From Kiritimatiellia bacterium (GTDB taxonomy: Bacteria > Verrucomicrobiota > Kiritimatiellia > JAAZAB01), in contig JAXGPF010000004.1 of assembly GCA_040767085.1 (NCBI GenBank), forward strand, positions 128,001 through 192,000: a stretch of DNA of 64,000 nucleotides, in the 5' to 3' direction. Positions 39,556 to 52,171 of this stretch are shown here, piece after piece. Numbering within the stretch: position 1 is the first letter of the stretch; each line of letters starts with the position of its first letter. Position numbers and translations under genes: made by a program. Below the pieces are notes generated by a model, which saw nothing but the letters and a program-made list of their open reading frames with translations, was not told where the DNA came from and ran no database searches.

Positions 39556-39864
39556 CTCGCTCTCCCAAGCTTGTCATGCGGCAAAGTTTAACATGCGCCG
39601 TCGCGCTGTCAAGCGCAGCCGGCGGCATGCCTCCCGCCCGCTCCCAGACAGCCAAAATCTTTTTCACGCCGACACAAACGCCGGAAGCCGCTGTGATTTC
39701 CGTGGCGGCGCCACGCCGGCGCCTGGCCAATACTGCCACATCCAACGGGTTAAACAAGCGCAAAATCGGAGAATTTGGGCTTGACAGCGCGCCCGGCGCC
39801 AGAACAGTATATGGCCGGAAGGACGGGATGAAACCGGCCGGCAACGGCCGCCGGAGGAGGCGCC

Positions 39865-42144
39865 ATGTCAACGGTTTTTTGCAGGTTATTGCCAGCCGCC
39901 GCGGCAGCGGCCTGGCTGACAGCCTTCCGGGCCGGGGCGGGCGGCCTGGAAATAACTTATCCCGACCACGCGCTGGATTTGCCGGAAAGCGCCGAATTCG
40001 CCGGCTTGGAAACCGGCAAGCCGTGGGACATGTCAGAACTTTACGACATCACCTACCGTTACGGCTTTCATGAACCATTCACCCCGCCAGCGGGCGGGAT
40101 TTGGCGCGGCCGGGCCTACGATCAGGATTTGCCAGCCCATTTTCACCCCCTCTTCCGCGGCATCGTGTCCGATCCGGACTATCTACAGTATTTCACCCGA
40201 CATGCCCCCGGCACGCCTTACGGCCCTTTGAATCCGGTCAACGCCGATGCTTACAACCGCCTATCGTTCCGGCACGCGCTGAACGCCGGCGAACGTTCCT
40301 ATTGCCAGATCACCTGGCATCATACCCTGCTGGACGCTGAAAACAATTATCTGGCTTTCTACGACGGCGATTACGCGCGGGCCTCCGGCGCCAATCTGCC
40401 CGTGCCCGATCCCAGCGGTTTCCGGATTTATGACCTGGACCTGGCCGGCGCCGGTTTCGGCGACGATTGCCTGCCTTACTGGGACAAACCGGGGAGCGGC
40501 GGCGCCTGGACCGGGACGGTTTACGGATTTTATATTGTGCCGTCGCTGAATGCCCACCGCGGCATGCCATACGCCGTGGACTGGATTCGCCTGTATCGCT
40601 CCGATCCCGCCACCCGTATTCCCCTGGCCTGGACCGCCGGAACCCTGCATCCCCAGACGAACCTGGTCTCCCTGCAACTCTATGTGGCCACCAACAATTG
40701 CGGCGATCCCGGCGACCTTTTCCTGTCGGGCATCGCCAACGACGGCGCGCTGGAATTCCACGCCGGCGCACTGCCGCCGGGCGAATATTACCTTTACCTG
40801 AAGGCCGTGCTGGATACCGGCAGCGGTTTTAACGAGCTGGCCCGCAGCGCCTACTCGCCCCAGCTCCGGATCAACGCGCGCCCGACCTTCGTCTTCACAG
40901 CGCCGTCATTCACCAGCGGCGTGGAATACGCCGCCGCGGAACGCGGAAACCCGTGGGACATGAATGACACCGCGGATATTGACACCAGCCGCACGACCGG
41001 CATCGCCGGTACGGCGTTCAACCAGGGCAGCTTGTGCGCCGCCACCGCCAACGGCGATCCGCAAATAGCTTTAAGCCTGTTGCGCCCCGACGGCGCGGCG
41101 GCGCCCATTCCCACCGCCCGGTACCGCTACCTGACCTTCCGCATGCAGTTCGATCCGTCGGATTACCCGTCATCGGACTTTGACGATTTCCATGAGCGCG
41201 CCAACATCCTGGGCGGTGTGGCGCGCTGGCAATGGGTATACACGGACTTTGCAATGGACCAGTCATACACCAAGGATCTGATCCTGCATGAAGGCTGGAA
41301 CGATTACACGGTGGACTTGTGGGATCCCGCGTTGCTGGAAACCCGCAACGCGCCGCCAAGCGCCGGCTGGACCAACGTCCCGGCCGTCAACTATCTCATC
41401 TTCCACCCGCTGGAGCCTTCCGTGCCCATGCCGGTGCGCCTGGATTGGGTCAAACTGTGCGCGCCCAACGCGCCGGACAACCATTTTTATGAACTACGCT
41501 GGAACGCCGGCGACGCCGAAGGCGAGGCGCTGGACATCAACCTGCTTTACGGACGGGGCGCGGGCGACGGATTCGAGGGAACCGCAATCGTCCGGCTGAC
41601 AAACCAGACCCCCGGACCGGGCGCCTTTACCTGGTACACCGGCGCCGTGCCTGCCGGCGAATACACGCTCCGCGCCGTGGTTTCCGACGGCTGCAACACC
41701 TTGACGCGGGACGCGCCGGTCCCGCTGCAAATCGGCCCGCCCGCGCCGCGGCTCCCCGCACCCGTGCTCAAGGGCAACGGTTTGCGGAACAGCCTGGCTT
41801 TGTCCGCCGGCGAAACGCTGACGGTGACGGTGGAGTTGGACGCCGGGGACTATGCCGGGCTTGAAGCCGACTGGTGGGTAGCGGCCTGGGATGCCGGGCA
41901 AAATCTCTGGTATTACCTGGACGCCGCCATGCTCTGGACAACGTTCGACGGCAACTTCGCGGCCTGCCGGCCGGTTTACCAGGGACCGCTGTTCCATCTG
42001 CCGCCGACAGCGGCCTTGAGCGATTTCCCGCTGCCGCCCGGCAGTTATTATTTCTATTTCGCCGTGGACGAGCGGGATGACAGTTTGAACTATCCTGCCG
42101 GCCCGATTGTCTTTGATGACCTGAACATTACGGTTGCTAAATGA
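39865..42144 (+). CDS. Secreted protein with two tandem CBM-like plus Ig-like modules
   Basis: Signal-like N-terminus; duplicated PWDM...Y..L.FR...DW.(R/K)L...P.GEY modules. Confidence 0.65.
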   Translation: MSTVFCRLLPAAAAAAWLTAFRAGAGGLEITYPDHALDLPESAEFAGLETGKPWDMSELYDITYRYGFHEPFTPPAGGIWRGRAYDQDLPAHFHPLFRGIVSDPDYLQYFTRHAPGTPYGPLNPVNADAYNRLSFRHALNAGERSYCQITWHHTLLDAENNYLAFYDGDYARASGANLPVPDPSGFRIYDLDLAGAGFGDDCLPYWDKPGSGGAWTGTVYGFYIVPSLNAHRGMPYAVDWIRLYRSDPATRIPLAWTAGTLHPQTNLVSLQLYVATNNCGDPGDLFLSGIANDGALEFHAGALPPGEYYLYLKAVLDTGSGFNELARSAYSPQLRINARPTFVFTAPSFTSGVEYAAAERGNPWDMNDTADIDTSRTTGIAGTAFNQGSLCAATANGDPQIALSLLRPDGAAAPIPTARYRYLTFRMQFDPSDYPSSDFDDFHERANILGGVARWQWVYTDFAMDQSYTKDLILHEGWNDYTVDLWDPALLETRNAPPSAGWTNVPAVNYLIFHPLEPSVPMPVRLDWVKLCAPNAPDNHFYELRWNAGDAEGEALDINLLYGRGAGDGFEGTAIVRLTNQTPGPGAFTWYTGAVPAGEYTLRAVVSDGCNTLTRDAPVPLQIGPPAPRLPAPVLKGNGLRNSLALSAGETLTVTVELDAGDYAGLEADWWVAAWDAGQNLWYYLDAAMLWTTFDGNFAACRPVYQGPLFHLPPTAALSDFPLPPGSYYFYFAVDERDDSLNYPAGPIVFDDLNITVAK

Positions 42145-42938
42145 AACGCTTGATCGTGTTCTGCGGCTGGATGGCGCTGAAGCTCTGCCCCTGGTTAAAA
42201 CGTCTCCTGCCCGATCCATTCACCCGCGAACGCATTGCGCGGCGCTACTTGTCCGGGCAGGGCATCGAGATCGGCGCACTGCACAACCCCCTGCAAATCC
42301 CGCCCGGCGCCCGCGTCAAATACGTTGATCGCCTGCCCCTGGAAGAACTCCGCCGCCAATATCCTGATTTCCGCCCCGGCCAATTCGCCAGGGTGGATAT
42401 CATTGACGACGGCGAGACCCTGGCTTCTTTTCCCGACGGCGAACTGAACTTCGTCATCGCCAACCATTTTCTCGAGCACTGCCAGAATCCCATCGGCGCC
42501 CTGGCCAACATGCTGCGCGTGCTCCGTCCGGATGGGATACTTTTCCTCGCCGTGCCGGACAAGCGCCATTCCTTCGACAAGGACCGCCCGCTGACGGAAT
42601 TCGCACATATCGAGCGCGACTACATCGAAGGCCCGACATGGTCGCGCCGGCCGGCCGTCGAGGAATTCGTGCGCCTGGCGAACAAGATCACCGAGCCGGC
42701 GGCGGCGCGCCGCGAGGTGGAATCTTACCTGCGCGCCAACTATGCCATCCATTATCATGTCTGGACCGAATGGGAAATCCTGGAAATTCTGCTTTATTTG
42801 CATCGCCGCCTGAACCTGCCGCTGCGGTTTGAACTGGCCTGGCACCGCGGCTGGGAAACCGTGTTCATCCTGCGAAAATTATCCATGCCGCCCGGCGCTT
42901 CCCCTGCCGGCGGCTGCCCGCCGGACAATCCGCCATGA
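42141..42938 (+). CDS. Class I SAM-dependent methyltransferase
   Basis: GIEIGAL, FVIANHFLEH, RVLRPDG. Confidence 0.85.
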   Translation: MKRLIVFCGWMALKLCPWLKRLLPDPFTRERIARRYLSGQGIEIGALHNPLQIPPGARVKYVDRLPLEELRRQYPDFRPGQFARVDIIDDGETLASFPDGELNFVIANHFLEHCQNPIGALANMLRVLRPDGILFLAVPDKRHSFDKDRPLTEFAHIERDYIEGPTWSRRPAVEEFVRLANKITEPAAARREVESYLRANYAIHYHVWTEWEILEILLYLHRRLNLPLRFELAWHRGWETVFILRKLSMPPGASPAGGCPPDNPP

Positions 42939-43819
42939 AAAACAACGCCGCCTTGATTTCCGTCATCATTCCCGCCTACAACCACGAAAAATTCGTCGGC
43001 GCCGCCATTGCCAGCGTCCTGCGCCAGACCTATGACCGCCTGGAATTAATCATCGTGGACGACGGCTCCACGGATGGCACGCCGGACGTAATCGCCGGTT
43101 TCCACGACGCGCGCATCCGGGCCGTGCGCCAGTCCAACCAGGACGCTTACAACGCGCTGAACCGCGGCCTGGCCATGGCCCGCGGCGATATCTTCGCCAT
43201 TTTGAATTCCGATGATGTGTTTCCCGCCGAACGCCTGGAAGTCCTGCTGGACCGGCGCGCGCAGACCGGGGCGGCGTGCCTGTTTACCCATGTGCGGCCG
43301 GTGGACGCCGGGGGGCAGCCGTTGCCGGACAACCATCCCTGGCGCGCCTGGCACGAACGCAACCGCCGGTTCTATTTCGACTGCGGCGATCTTTACACTG
43401 CGTTTTTGAAGGGCAACCTGATGGTCGGCACGTCTAACCTTTTTCTGAACGCGGAGCTGGCCCGCGCCGTGGGCGAATTTGCGCCGCTGCATTACCTGCA
43501 CGATTACGATTACATTTTCCGCGTCATGCTGGCGGCGCCCGGCCGGGTGGATTATCTGCACGACCGCGAACTGCTGGATTACCGTCTGCACGGCGCCAAC
43601 ACCATCAGCCGCGGCGCCGTGGCCGCCCGCGAACAGGATTTGGCTTTGATCAGGCGCTACATGCTGGCCGGTCTCCCGGAAGCCGGCCGGCCGCGCGCGG
43701 CGGCCGGCGCCGAACGGCTGTTGGAACTGGAACGCGAACTGCAGACGGAACGCTACCGCCTGGCGCATCCCTGGCGGTGGCGGCTGGCGCAAATCCTGGC
43801 CGCCGCGGTTGGCAAATGA
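42935..43819 (+). CDS. Glycosyltransferase family 2
   Basis: SVIIPAYN, VDDGSTDGT, LNSDD. Confidence 0.93.
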   Translation: MKNNAALISVIIPAYNHEKFVGAAIASVLRQTYDRLELIIVDDGSTDGTPDVIAGFHDARIRAVRQSNQDAYNALNRGLAMARGDIFAILNSDDVFPAERLEVLLDRRAQTGAACLFTHVRPVDAGGQPLPDNHPWRAWHERNRRFYFDCGDLYTAFLKGNLMVGTSNLFLNAELARAVGEFAPLHYLHDYDYIFRVMLAAPGRVDYLHDRELLDYRLHGANTISRGAVAAREQDLALIRRYMLAGLPEAGRPRAAAGAERLLELERELQTERYRLAHPWRWRLAQILAAAVGK

Positions 43820-43828
43820 CCTTGTTTT

Positions 43829-44692
43829 TCACTCCGGCTGCGTGCGCCAACGGCGATGCATCCAGGTCCATTGTTCGGGGTAAGCGCGGATGACATCCTC
43901 GATCACGCGGGTGTACGCCTGGGTGGCATCCCGGATGGTGTCCGGCTCGCAATCCGCCGGCGGCGGCAGCGGCGGGAAGATTTTCACGCGATGCCGGCCA
44001 TCGGGCTGGCGGATAATGAAAACAGGGATGACAGGCGCCTGGCTGCGGGCGCTTAAAAATGCCAGCCCGGGCGAAGTGCAGGCCGGGCGGCCGAAAAATT
44101 CCACAAAAATCCCGTGTTTGCGCTTCATGTTCTGGTCCAGCACAAACCCCAGCACTTCATTGTTCTTCAGCACCTGCCGGCAGGCGCGGTAGGAATTACG
44201 GGGGGGCAGGGTTTTGACGCCGAGCCGGTGCCGCGCCTGCTCCCAGTGTTGATTCAAGGCCGCCGGCTTGATGGTTTTAGTGATGACCGTCAAGGGCACG
44301 CCGAACAAAGGCGCCATGGTGCAGAGCAGTTCGAAGTTGCCGATGTGGGCGGTCAACACCAGGGCGCCCCGGCCCTGCGTCAGCACACGGGGCAGGCAGT
44401 TTTCGCCATCCATCTCGACCAATTCGCGCAGGCAGGCGCGGTCCACCGCGCCAAACCGCAGGACTTCCACCAGCAGCAGGCCGAAATTGCGGTACATGCC
44501 ATCGGTGATGGCCTGGATGGCGGCGGCGCCGCGGTCAGGGAAACAACGGGCGATCGTCCGCGTCACTTCCCGGCGGCGCAGTCGCAAAACCGATCCCAGC
44601 AGGCGCCCCAGGCGTTCCCCCCAGCGCATGGCCCGCGCGCGGGGCATGCGCGCAAATGTCGCTTCCAGCCGTTTAACCGTCCAGACAATCAT
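43829..44692 (-). CDS. Lipid A late acyltransferase (LpxL/HtrB family)
   Basis: TAHIGNFE, LDQ, FFGRPA, PEQWTWMHRRW. Confidence 0.9.
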   Translation of the reverse strand: MIVWTVKRLEATFARMPRARAMRWGERLGRLLGSVLRLRRREVTRTIARCFPDRGAAAIQAITDGMYRNFGLLLVEVLRFGAVDRACLRELVEMDGENCLPRVLTQGRGALVLTAHIGNFELLCTMAPLFGVPLTVITKTIKPAALNQHWEQARHRLGVKTLPPRNSYRACRQVLKNNEVLGFVLDQNMKRKHGIFVEFFGRPACTSPGLAFLSARSQAPVIPVFIIRQPDGRHRVKIFPPLPPPADCEPDTIRDATQAYTRVIEDVIRAYPEQWTWMHRRWRTQPE

Positions 44693-44969
44693 CCTAAATC
44701 CAGCATTTGAAATTCAAAAATTGACATAAGCAATTGAAAACACGGAAGATCTGATTTCTGTCACAAAAATCTTTTGGGTGTGGGAAAATTTTTTAATTTC
44801 AAACCGGAAAATGGTTGGCGATTTCGCCGCATCTGCTTTGTTGGCAAGGGTTCGGAGTATTACTAATACACCGTCACCCTTGCCGCCCACGCGCCGCGCG
44901 TGGCAAGCGTGCATCCTTGTCCCGCTTTAAAGCGGGACGCGGCAAACTTGCCAACTGCCGGATTCAGGA

Positions 44970-47516
<2,547 letters not shown>

Positions 47517-47540
47517 GTCAACCGCCTTTCGCCAAATCTT

Positions 47541-48599
47541 TTATGAACGCAGCGCCAGCCGCTCCCGCACCAACTGCGCGCGCGCTAGGTCTCTTTTTTC
47601 CGAGCCGATATGCCGTCCGCCCAATTTCTGCAGGTGGCCGGGCTGAATCAGCAGGAACAATTCGTCCAACACGTTTTTCTTCCAGTTTACCACAAGGCCC
47701 ATGTCAATGCCAAGCCGCAAAGCGGAAAGCAAATCGAGAGTTTCCCGCGAATTGAGCAGAAAAGCGTGCGTCAGAATCCCCAGGGCCCGGCCAATATGAT
47801 CGCGCAGGTTGTTTTCGCGTTGCTGCAACAGGCGCGCGCGGGCGTTTTTTTCATGTTCGGCGATCTCTAAAACAATCTGTTCCAGGCGCCCGATGATATT
47901 TTCCTCCCGCTCGCCCAGGGTCGTCTGGTTGGAAATCTGGAACATGTTGCCCGAGGCGTCGGTGCCTTCGCCCCACAGGCCGCGCACCGCCAGGCCGATT
48001 TTATTGACGCCCTTGATGATGCTGTTGACCTCGTTCATCAACACCAGCCCCGGCAGGTGCAGCATGACGCTGGCGCGCATCCCGGTGCCGACGTTGGTGG
48101 GGCAGGCCGTCAAATAACCCAGGCGCGGCGAATAGGCGTAACGCACCCGCCGCTCGATGGCGGTGTCAATCAGGTCAATCCGGCCCCACAAGTCGCGCAG
48201 CATCAAGCCGGGCGAAATGGCCTGCAGCCGCAGGTGGTCTTCCTCGTTGACCATGATGGCGATGCTCTCATCGCGCTTTAACACCAGCCCGCTGCCCGGC
48301 GCCTTGGCGGCGGAAAGATCGCGGCTGATCAGGTGGCGCTCCACCAGCACGCCCCGGTCCACCCGGCTCAGGGTGGACATTTCCAGCACCATCGGCGCGG
48401 GATCGTCCACCACGGCGGGCAGCAGCGCGGACATCTCCTGCCACAACTGGACCGACATCACATCGGGCGCCCAGCCGGGGAAGGGGCGGTTCGCCACGTT
48501 GCGCGCCAGCCGCACGCGGCTGCTGACAATCACCTCGTTGTCGCTGCCAACCTGCAGCCAGGCGCCCGGCTGCTTTAATAAATCGTCAATGCTGGACAT
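47541..48599 (-). CDS. mcsB: Protein arginine kinase
   Basis: SSRVRLARN, NEEDHLR, CPTNVGTG, QISNQ.TLG. Confidence 0.95.
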   Translation of the reverse strand: MSSIDDLLKQPGAWLQVGSDNEVIVSSRVRLARNVANRPFPGWAPDVMSVQLWQEMSALLPAVVDDPAPMVLEMSTLSRVDRGVLVERHLISRDLSAAKAPGSGLVLKRDESIAIMVNEEDHLRLQAISPGLMLRDLWGRIDLIDTAIERRVRYAYSPRLGYLTACPTNVGTGMRASVMLHLPGLVLMNEVNSIIKGVNKIGLAVRGLWGEGTDASGNMFQISNQTTLGEREENIIGRLEQIVLEIAEHEKNARARLLQQRENNLRDHIGRALGILTHAFLLNSRETLDLLSALRLGIDMGLVVNWKKNVLDELFLLIQPGHLQKLGGRHIGSEKRDLARAQLVRERLALRS

Positions 48600-48655
48600 G
48601 ATTGCAACGGCTTTCTCCGCGGCGCGGCGGCGCGCGCCCGGGGGCGGCTCCCGGT

Positions 48656-49168
48656 TCAAGCCTCGGCTTCCGGCGCCGGGCGCCGCCCGGCGTTTTCTAA
48701 ATCGCGGATACGGTCGCGGATGCGGGCAGCCGCCTCGTAATTTTCCGCCTGGACGGCCGCCTGCAATTCCTGGCGTAATTCCAGCAGGGAGGCGGCCGCC
48801 GGCGCCGCGCCGGGGCCGGCTCCGGCCGGCTGCTTGCCGATGTGCTGGGCGCCGCGGTGCATGGCATCCAGCAGCGGCTCCAACTCCGCGGCAAAAGCTT
48901 CGTAACAATGCTGGCAGCCCAGCCGGGAAGACTTGCGGAAATCCTCGAGGCGCATCCGGCAGTGCGGGCAGGCCTTGTCGGCCTGTTCCGCCTCATCCCG
49001 GGCGCCGCCCAGGCCGAGCAATACATCGGTGATCGAGATAGCGCCGTTGACGTCCAAACCATGCTCGGCGGCGCAACTCTCGCACAAATGCATTTTTTTC
49101 ACCGCGTTGTTCACCATCTGGGTCAGGTGCACCGTCGCCGGTTTCTGCCCGCAAGCTTCGCACATCAT
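48656..49168 (-). CDS. mcsA: McsA (UvrB/UvrC motif, CxxC-rich)
   Basis: Four CxxC pairs; ENYEAAARIRDRI. Confidence 0.92.
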   Translation of the reverse strand: MMCEACGQKPATVHLTQMVNNAVKKMHLCESCAAEHGLDVNGAISITDVLLGLGGARDEAEQADKACPHCRMRLEDFRKSSRLGCQHCYEAFAAELEPLLDAMHRGAQHIGKQPAGAGPGAAPAAASLLELRQELQAAVQAENYEAAARIRDRIRDLENAGRRPAPEAEA

Positions 49169-49187
49169 GGAGCTGGTCCCTCCCCCT

Positions 49188-50057
49188 TCACGCAATCGGC
49201 GCGCCCTGGCCGGCGGCGAAGGCGTGGAATCGCGCCGTCAGCATGCGGGTCAACGGACCGGGCCGGCCGGCGCCGATTTTGCGGCGGTCCATTTCCACCA
49301 CGCTGATGATTTCGGCCGCCGTGCCGGTCAGGAACATCTCGTCGGCATTGTACAAGTCGTACCGCATCAGGGGCGTTTCGCGCACTTCCAGGCCGTTGTC
49401 GCGGGCCAGGCGCATGACGACATTGCGCGTCACCCCTTCCAGCGCGCCCTCGCTGACGGGCGGCGTCAGCAACTGCTGGCCCCGGATGACAAAAATGTTG
49501 TCGCCCGAGGCTTCGGCGACATAGCCCTTGGTATTCAGCATCACCACCTCCTCCACCCCGGCGTTGATGGCTTCGATCTTGGCCAGGATGTTGTTGAGGT
49601 AGTTCAAGCTCTTGATGTTGGGATTGATGGATTCCGTGTGATTGCGCAGCGTGCCGCAGGTCACCACCTTCAATCCCCGGGCATAGAGTTCCTTGGGGTA
49701 AAGCTGGATGCCGGCGGCGATGATGATCACCTGGGGCCGGCGGCAGTTATAAGGATTCAAGCCCAGCGTTCCCACGCCGCGCGTCACGACCAGGCGGATA
49801 TAGCCGTTGGCCGTACGGTTGGCCTTGCAGGTCTGCACCACGGCGCGCGCCATGGCGGCGCGGGTCATGGGAATTTTCATGGCGATGGCATGCGCGGAAC
49901 GATAAAGCCGGTCCACGTGTTCGTCCAGCATGAACACCCGGTTGTTGTAAGTGCGGATGCCCTCAAAGACGCCGTCGCCGTACAACAGGCCGTGATCGAA
50001 AACCGAGACCCGCGCCGCCGACTCCGGCACCAGTTTGCCGTTCATGTAGATTTTCAT
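49188..50057 (-). CDS. ilvE: Branched-chain amino acid aminotransferase
   Basis: DHGLLYGDGVFEG, KSLNY, LEGVTR, TGTAAE. Confidence 0.95.
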   Translation of the reverse strand: MKIYMNGKLVPESAARVSVFDHGLLYGDGVFEGIRTYNNRVFMLDEHVDRLYRSAHAIAMKIPMTRAAMARAVVQTCKANRTANGYIRLVVTRGVGTLGLNPYNCRRPQVIIIAAGIQLYPKELYARGLKVVTCGTLRNHTESINPNIKSLNYLNNILAKIEAINAGVEEVVMLNTKGYVAEASGDNIFVIRGQQLLTPPVSEGALEGVTRNVVMRLARDNGLEVRETPLMRYDLYNADEMFLTGTAAEIISVVEMDRRKIGAGRPGPLTRMLTARFHAFAAGQGAPIA

Positions 50058-50106
50058 GCTGCCTCCCGATTGCGCCGGCCGCCCGCAGGGGCCGGCAGCT
50101 TTGCCG

Positions 50107-50850
50107 TTAATTATTATACAAACCATCCTGCGCCGGCCACAAGCGGCCGTCCCGCAATTCCAAAACGCGCTGGCAGCGCGACGCGACCTCGGCATTATGC
50201 GTCACCATGATCAGCGTCTGCTGCTCCCGGGCCACAAGCGCAAATAATCCATCCAGCACGTGCCGGCCGGTGACAGGATCAAGGTTCCCGGTCGGCTCGT
50301 CCGCCAGCACGATGGCCGGGCGGTTCATCAGGGCGCGCGCCAGGGCCACCCGCTGCTGTTCGCCGCCGGATAATTCCATCGGCAGGTGCGACAGGCGCTT
50401 TTCCAAACCCACCGCTTCCAGCAAGCCGCGCGCGCGGCGGGCGGCGGTTTCCGGCGCCAGACGCCCCGCCGCCAGGGGATTCATGGCCGGCAGGCAAACG
50501 TTCTCCAGCACATCCAATTCCGGCAGCAGATGGTAAAACTGAAAAACCAGTCCGATCCGGGCCGCCCGCAGCATATTGCGGCGGCGGGCGGACAGCCTGT
50601 ACAAATCCTCCCCTTGAAAGAAAACGCGCCCGCCCGTCGGCCGGTCCAACCCGCCCAGCACGTGCAGCAAGGTGCTTTTGCCGGCGCCGCTCGCCCCGAC
50701 TACCGCCACGCGTTCGCCGCGCCGCAGTTCCAGGTTGACGTCCTGCAGGACTTCGACCGAAGCATGCCCCAGCGCGTAGTTTTTGCGCAGGCGCTCCGCC
50801 GCCACCAGGATTTCCGGTGCTCCCGCCGTCTCTTCCATCCGTTTATTCAT
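50107..50850 (-). CDS. lolD: Lipoprotein-releasing ABC transporter ATPase
   Basis: [32 protein letters not shown]; follows lolC/E. Confidence 0.88.
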   Translation of the reverse strand: MNKRMEETAGAPEILVAAERLRKNYALGHASVEVLQDVNLELRRGERVAVVGASGAGKSTLLHVLGGLDRPTGGRVFFQGEDLYRLSARRRNMLRAARIGLVFQFYHLLPELDVLENVCLPAMNPLAAGRLAPETAARRARGLLEAVGLEKRLSHLPMELSGGEQQRVALARALMNRPAIVLADEPTGNLDPVTGRHVLDGLFALVAREQQTLIMVTHNAEVASRCQRVLELRDGRLWPAQDGLYNN

Positions 50851-52084
50851 ACCTTAAAGCGCGCGCGGGATCAAGCTTTGCCGCGCGCCAGGCGGGAATA
50901 AAACCCGCCAGCGTGCAGATCAGCAAGGATAACACCGCCACCATCCCGACATCCAGCAAAGTCACCCGGGCGGGGATTTCGCTCAGGTGATACAATTCCT
51001 TGGGGAACAATTCCATGCTCAGCAGGCTGGCCAGGCCGCGCATGATTGCGTTGCGGAAACGCAGCACCAGCATGCCCAGCCCGATGCCCAGGCCCGTGCC
51101 CAGCACGCCTTGAATCCAACCCTGCCAGAAAAAAACGGACATGATGGCGCCGGAGGAAAATCCCAGAGCCTTGAGCAGGCCGATTTCCTTGGTCTTCTGG
51201 ACCACTTCGACAATCAGGGTGTTGGTCAAGCCGAACGCCGCCACCAGCACGATGAAAATCAGCAGGAAAAACATCATGTGCTTTTCCACGCGCAAGGCGT
51301 CGAATAACTGGCGGTTCAGGTCCATCCAGGTGCGGCATTGCAGCCCCGGGAAATCCCGCTCCAGGCGCGCGGCGATGCGCGCGGCGACGGCGCCGGCCTG
51401 GTAGGGATCATGCGCCATGACCCGCAGGGCATGCACGCCCTCTTCCAGGCCGCACAGTTCCCTGGCCGCACCGAGCGGCGCCAGCACGAAGCCGACATCG
51501 TATTCCCACATGCCGATTTCAAAAATGCCCGCGACCGTGAGTTCCGCGGGCAGGGAAATCTCGTCCCGGCCGCTGGTGAAATGCTGGGGCGAGTACAGCA
51601 ACAGCCGGCTGCCGACCCGCAAACCCAGGCGCCGGGCCAGTTCCAGGCCGATGATGGCGTCTTCCGGCCCCATGGCAAAGGCGCCGGAAACCATGTGCCG
51701 GGGCAGCAGGCTGACCTGCTTTTCGCGCTCCACGTCAATCCCCCGCAGCAGCGGCGTATGCACGCGGCCGCCATGCTGGACAAACACCAGCCCCTGCACA
51801 TACGGGGCCACGCCCGCCACGCCGGGCACGCCGCGCACCGCCTCGGCCGCCGCCGCCGCATCCGCAATGGCGCCTTCGGCGCTCATCACGGTGACATGCG
51901 CGTCGAAGCCCAGGATTTTTTCGCGCCACATGTCGTCAAACCCGGCCATGACGGCGATCACAATCACCAGCACCGCCACGCCCAACACCACCCCGATCAT
52001 GGAAATGACCGAGATTACGGAAATGAATGTGCGCTTGGGCTTGAGATACTTCAGCGCCAGAAATAATGAAAATGGCAGGTACAT
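50843..52084 (-). CDS. Lipoprotein-releasing ABC transporter permease (LolC/E)
   Basis: [48 protein letters not shown]. Confidence 0.9.
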   Translation of the reverse strand: MYLPFSLFLALKYLKPKRTFISVISVISMIGVVLGVAVLVIVIAVMAGFDDMWREKILGFDAHVTVMSAEGAIADAAAAAEAVRGVPGVAGVAPYVQGLVFVQHGGRVHTPLLRGIDVEREKQVSLLPRHMVSGAFAMGPEDAIIGLELARRLGLRVGSRLLLYSPQHFTSGRDEISLPAELTVAGIFEIGMWEYDVGFVLAPLGAARELCGLEEGVHALRVMAHDPYQAGAVAARIAARLERDFPGLQCRTWMDLNRQLFDALRVEKHMMFFLLIFIVLVAAFGLTNTLIVEVVQKTKEIGLLKALGFSSGAIMSVFFWQGWIQGVLGTGLGIGLGMLVLRFRNAIMRGLASLLSMELFPKELYHLSEIPARVTLLDVGMVAVLSLLICTLAGFIPAWRAAKLDPARALRYE

Positions 52085-52171
52085 CGCGACACCGGTTCCG
52101 GGTTGCAGGCGGTTGATGGCGGGCGGACAGGATCCGGAGCCGGCCCGCGGCATGCGGCGGAACGCGCAATT

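Noticed and set aside
44919-44938. Intrinsic terminator after clpC
   Set aside because: A perfect palindrome but without a T-tract on the minus strand; treated as a repeat-like element instead.
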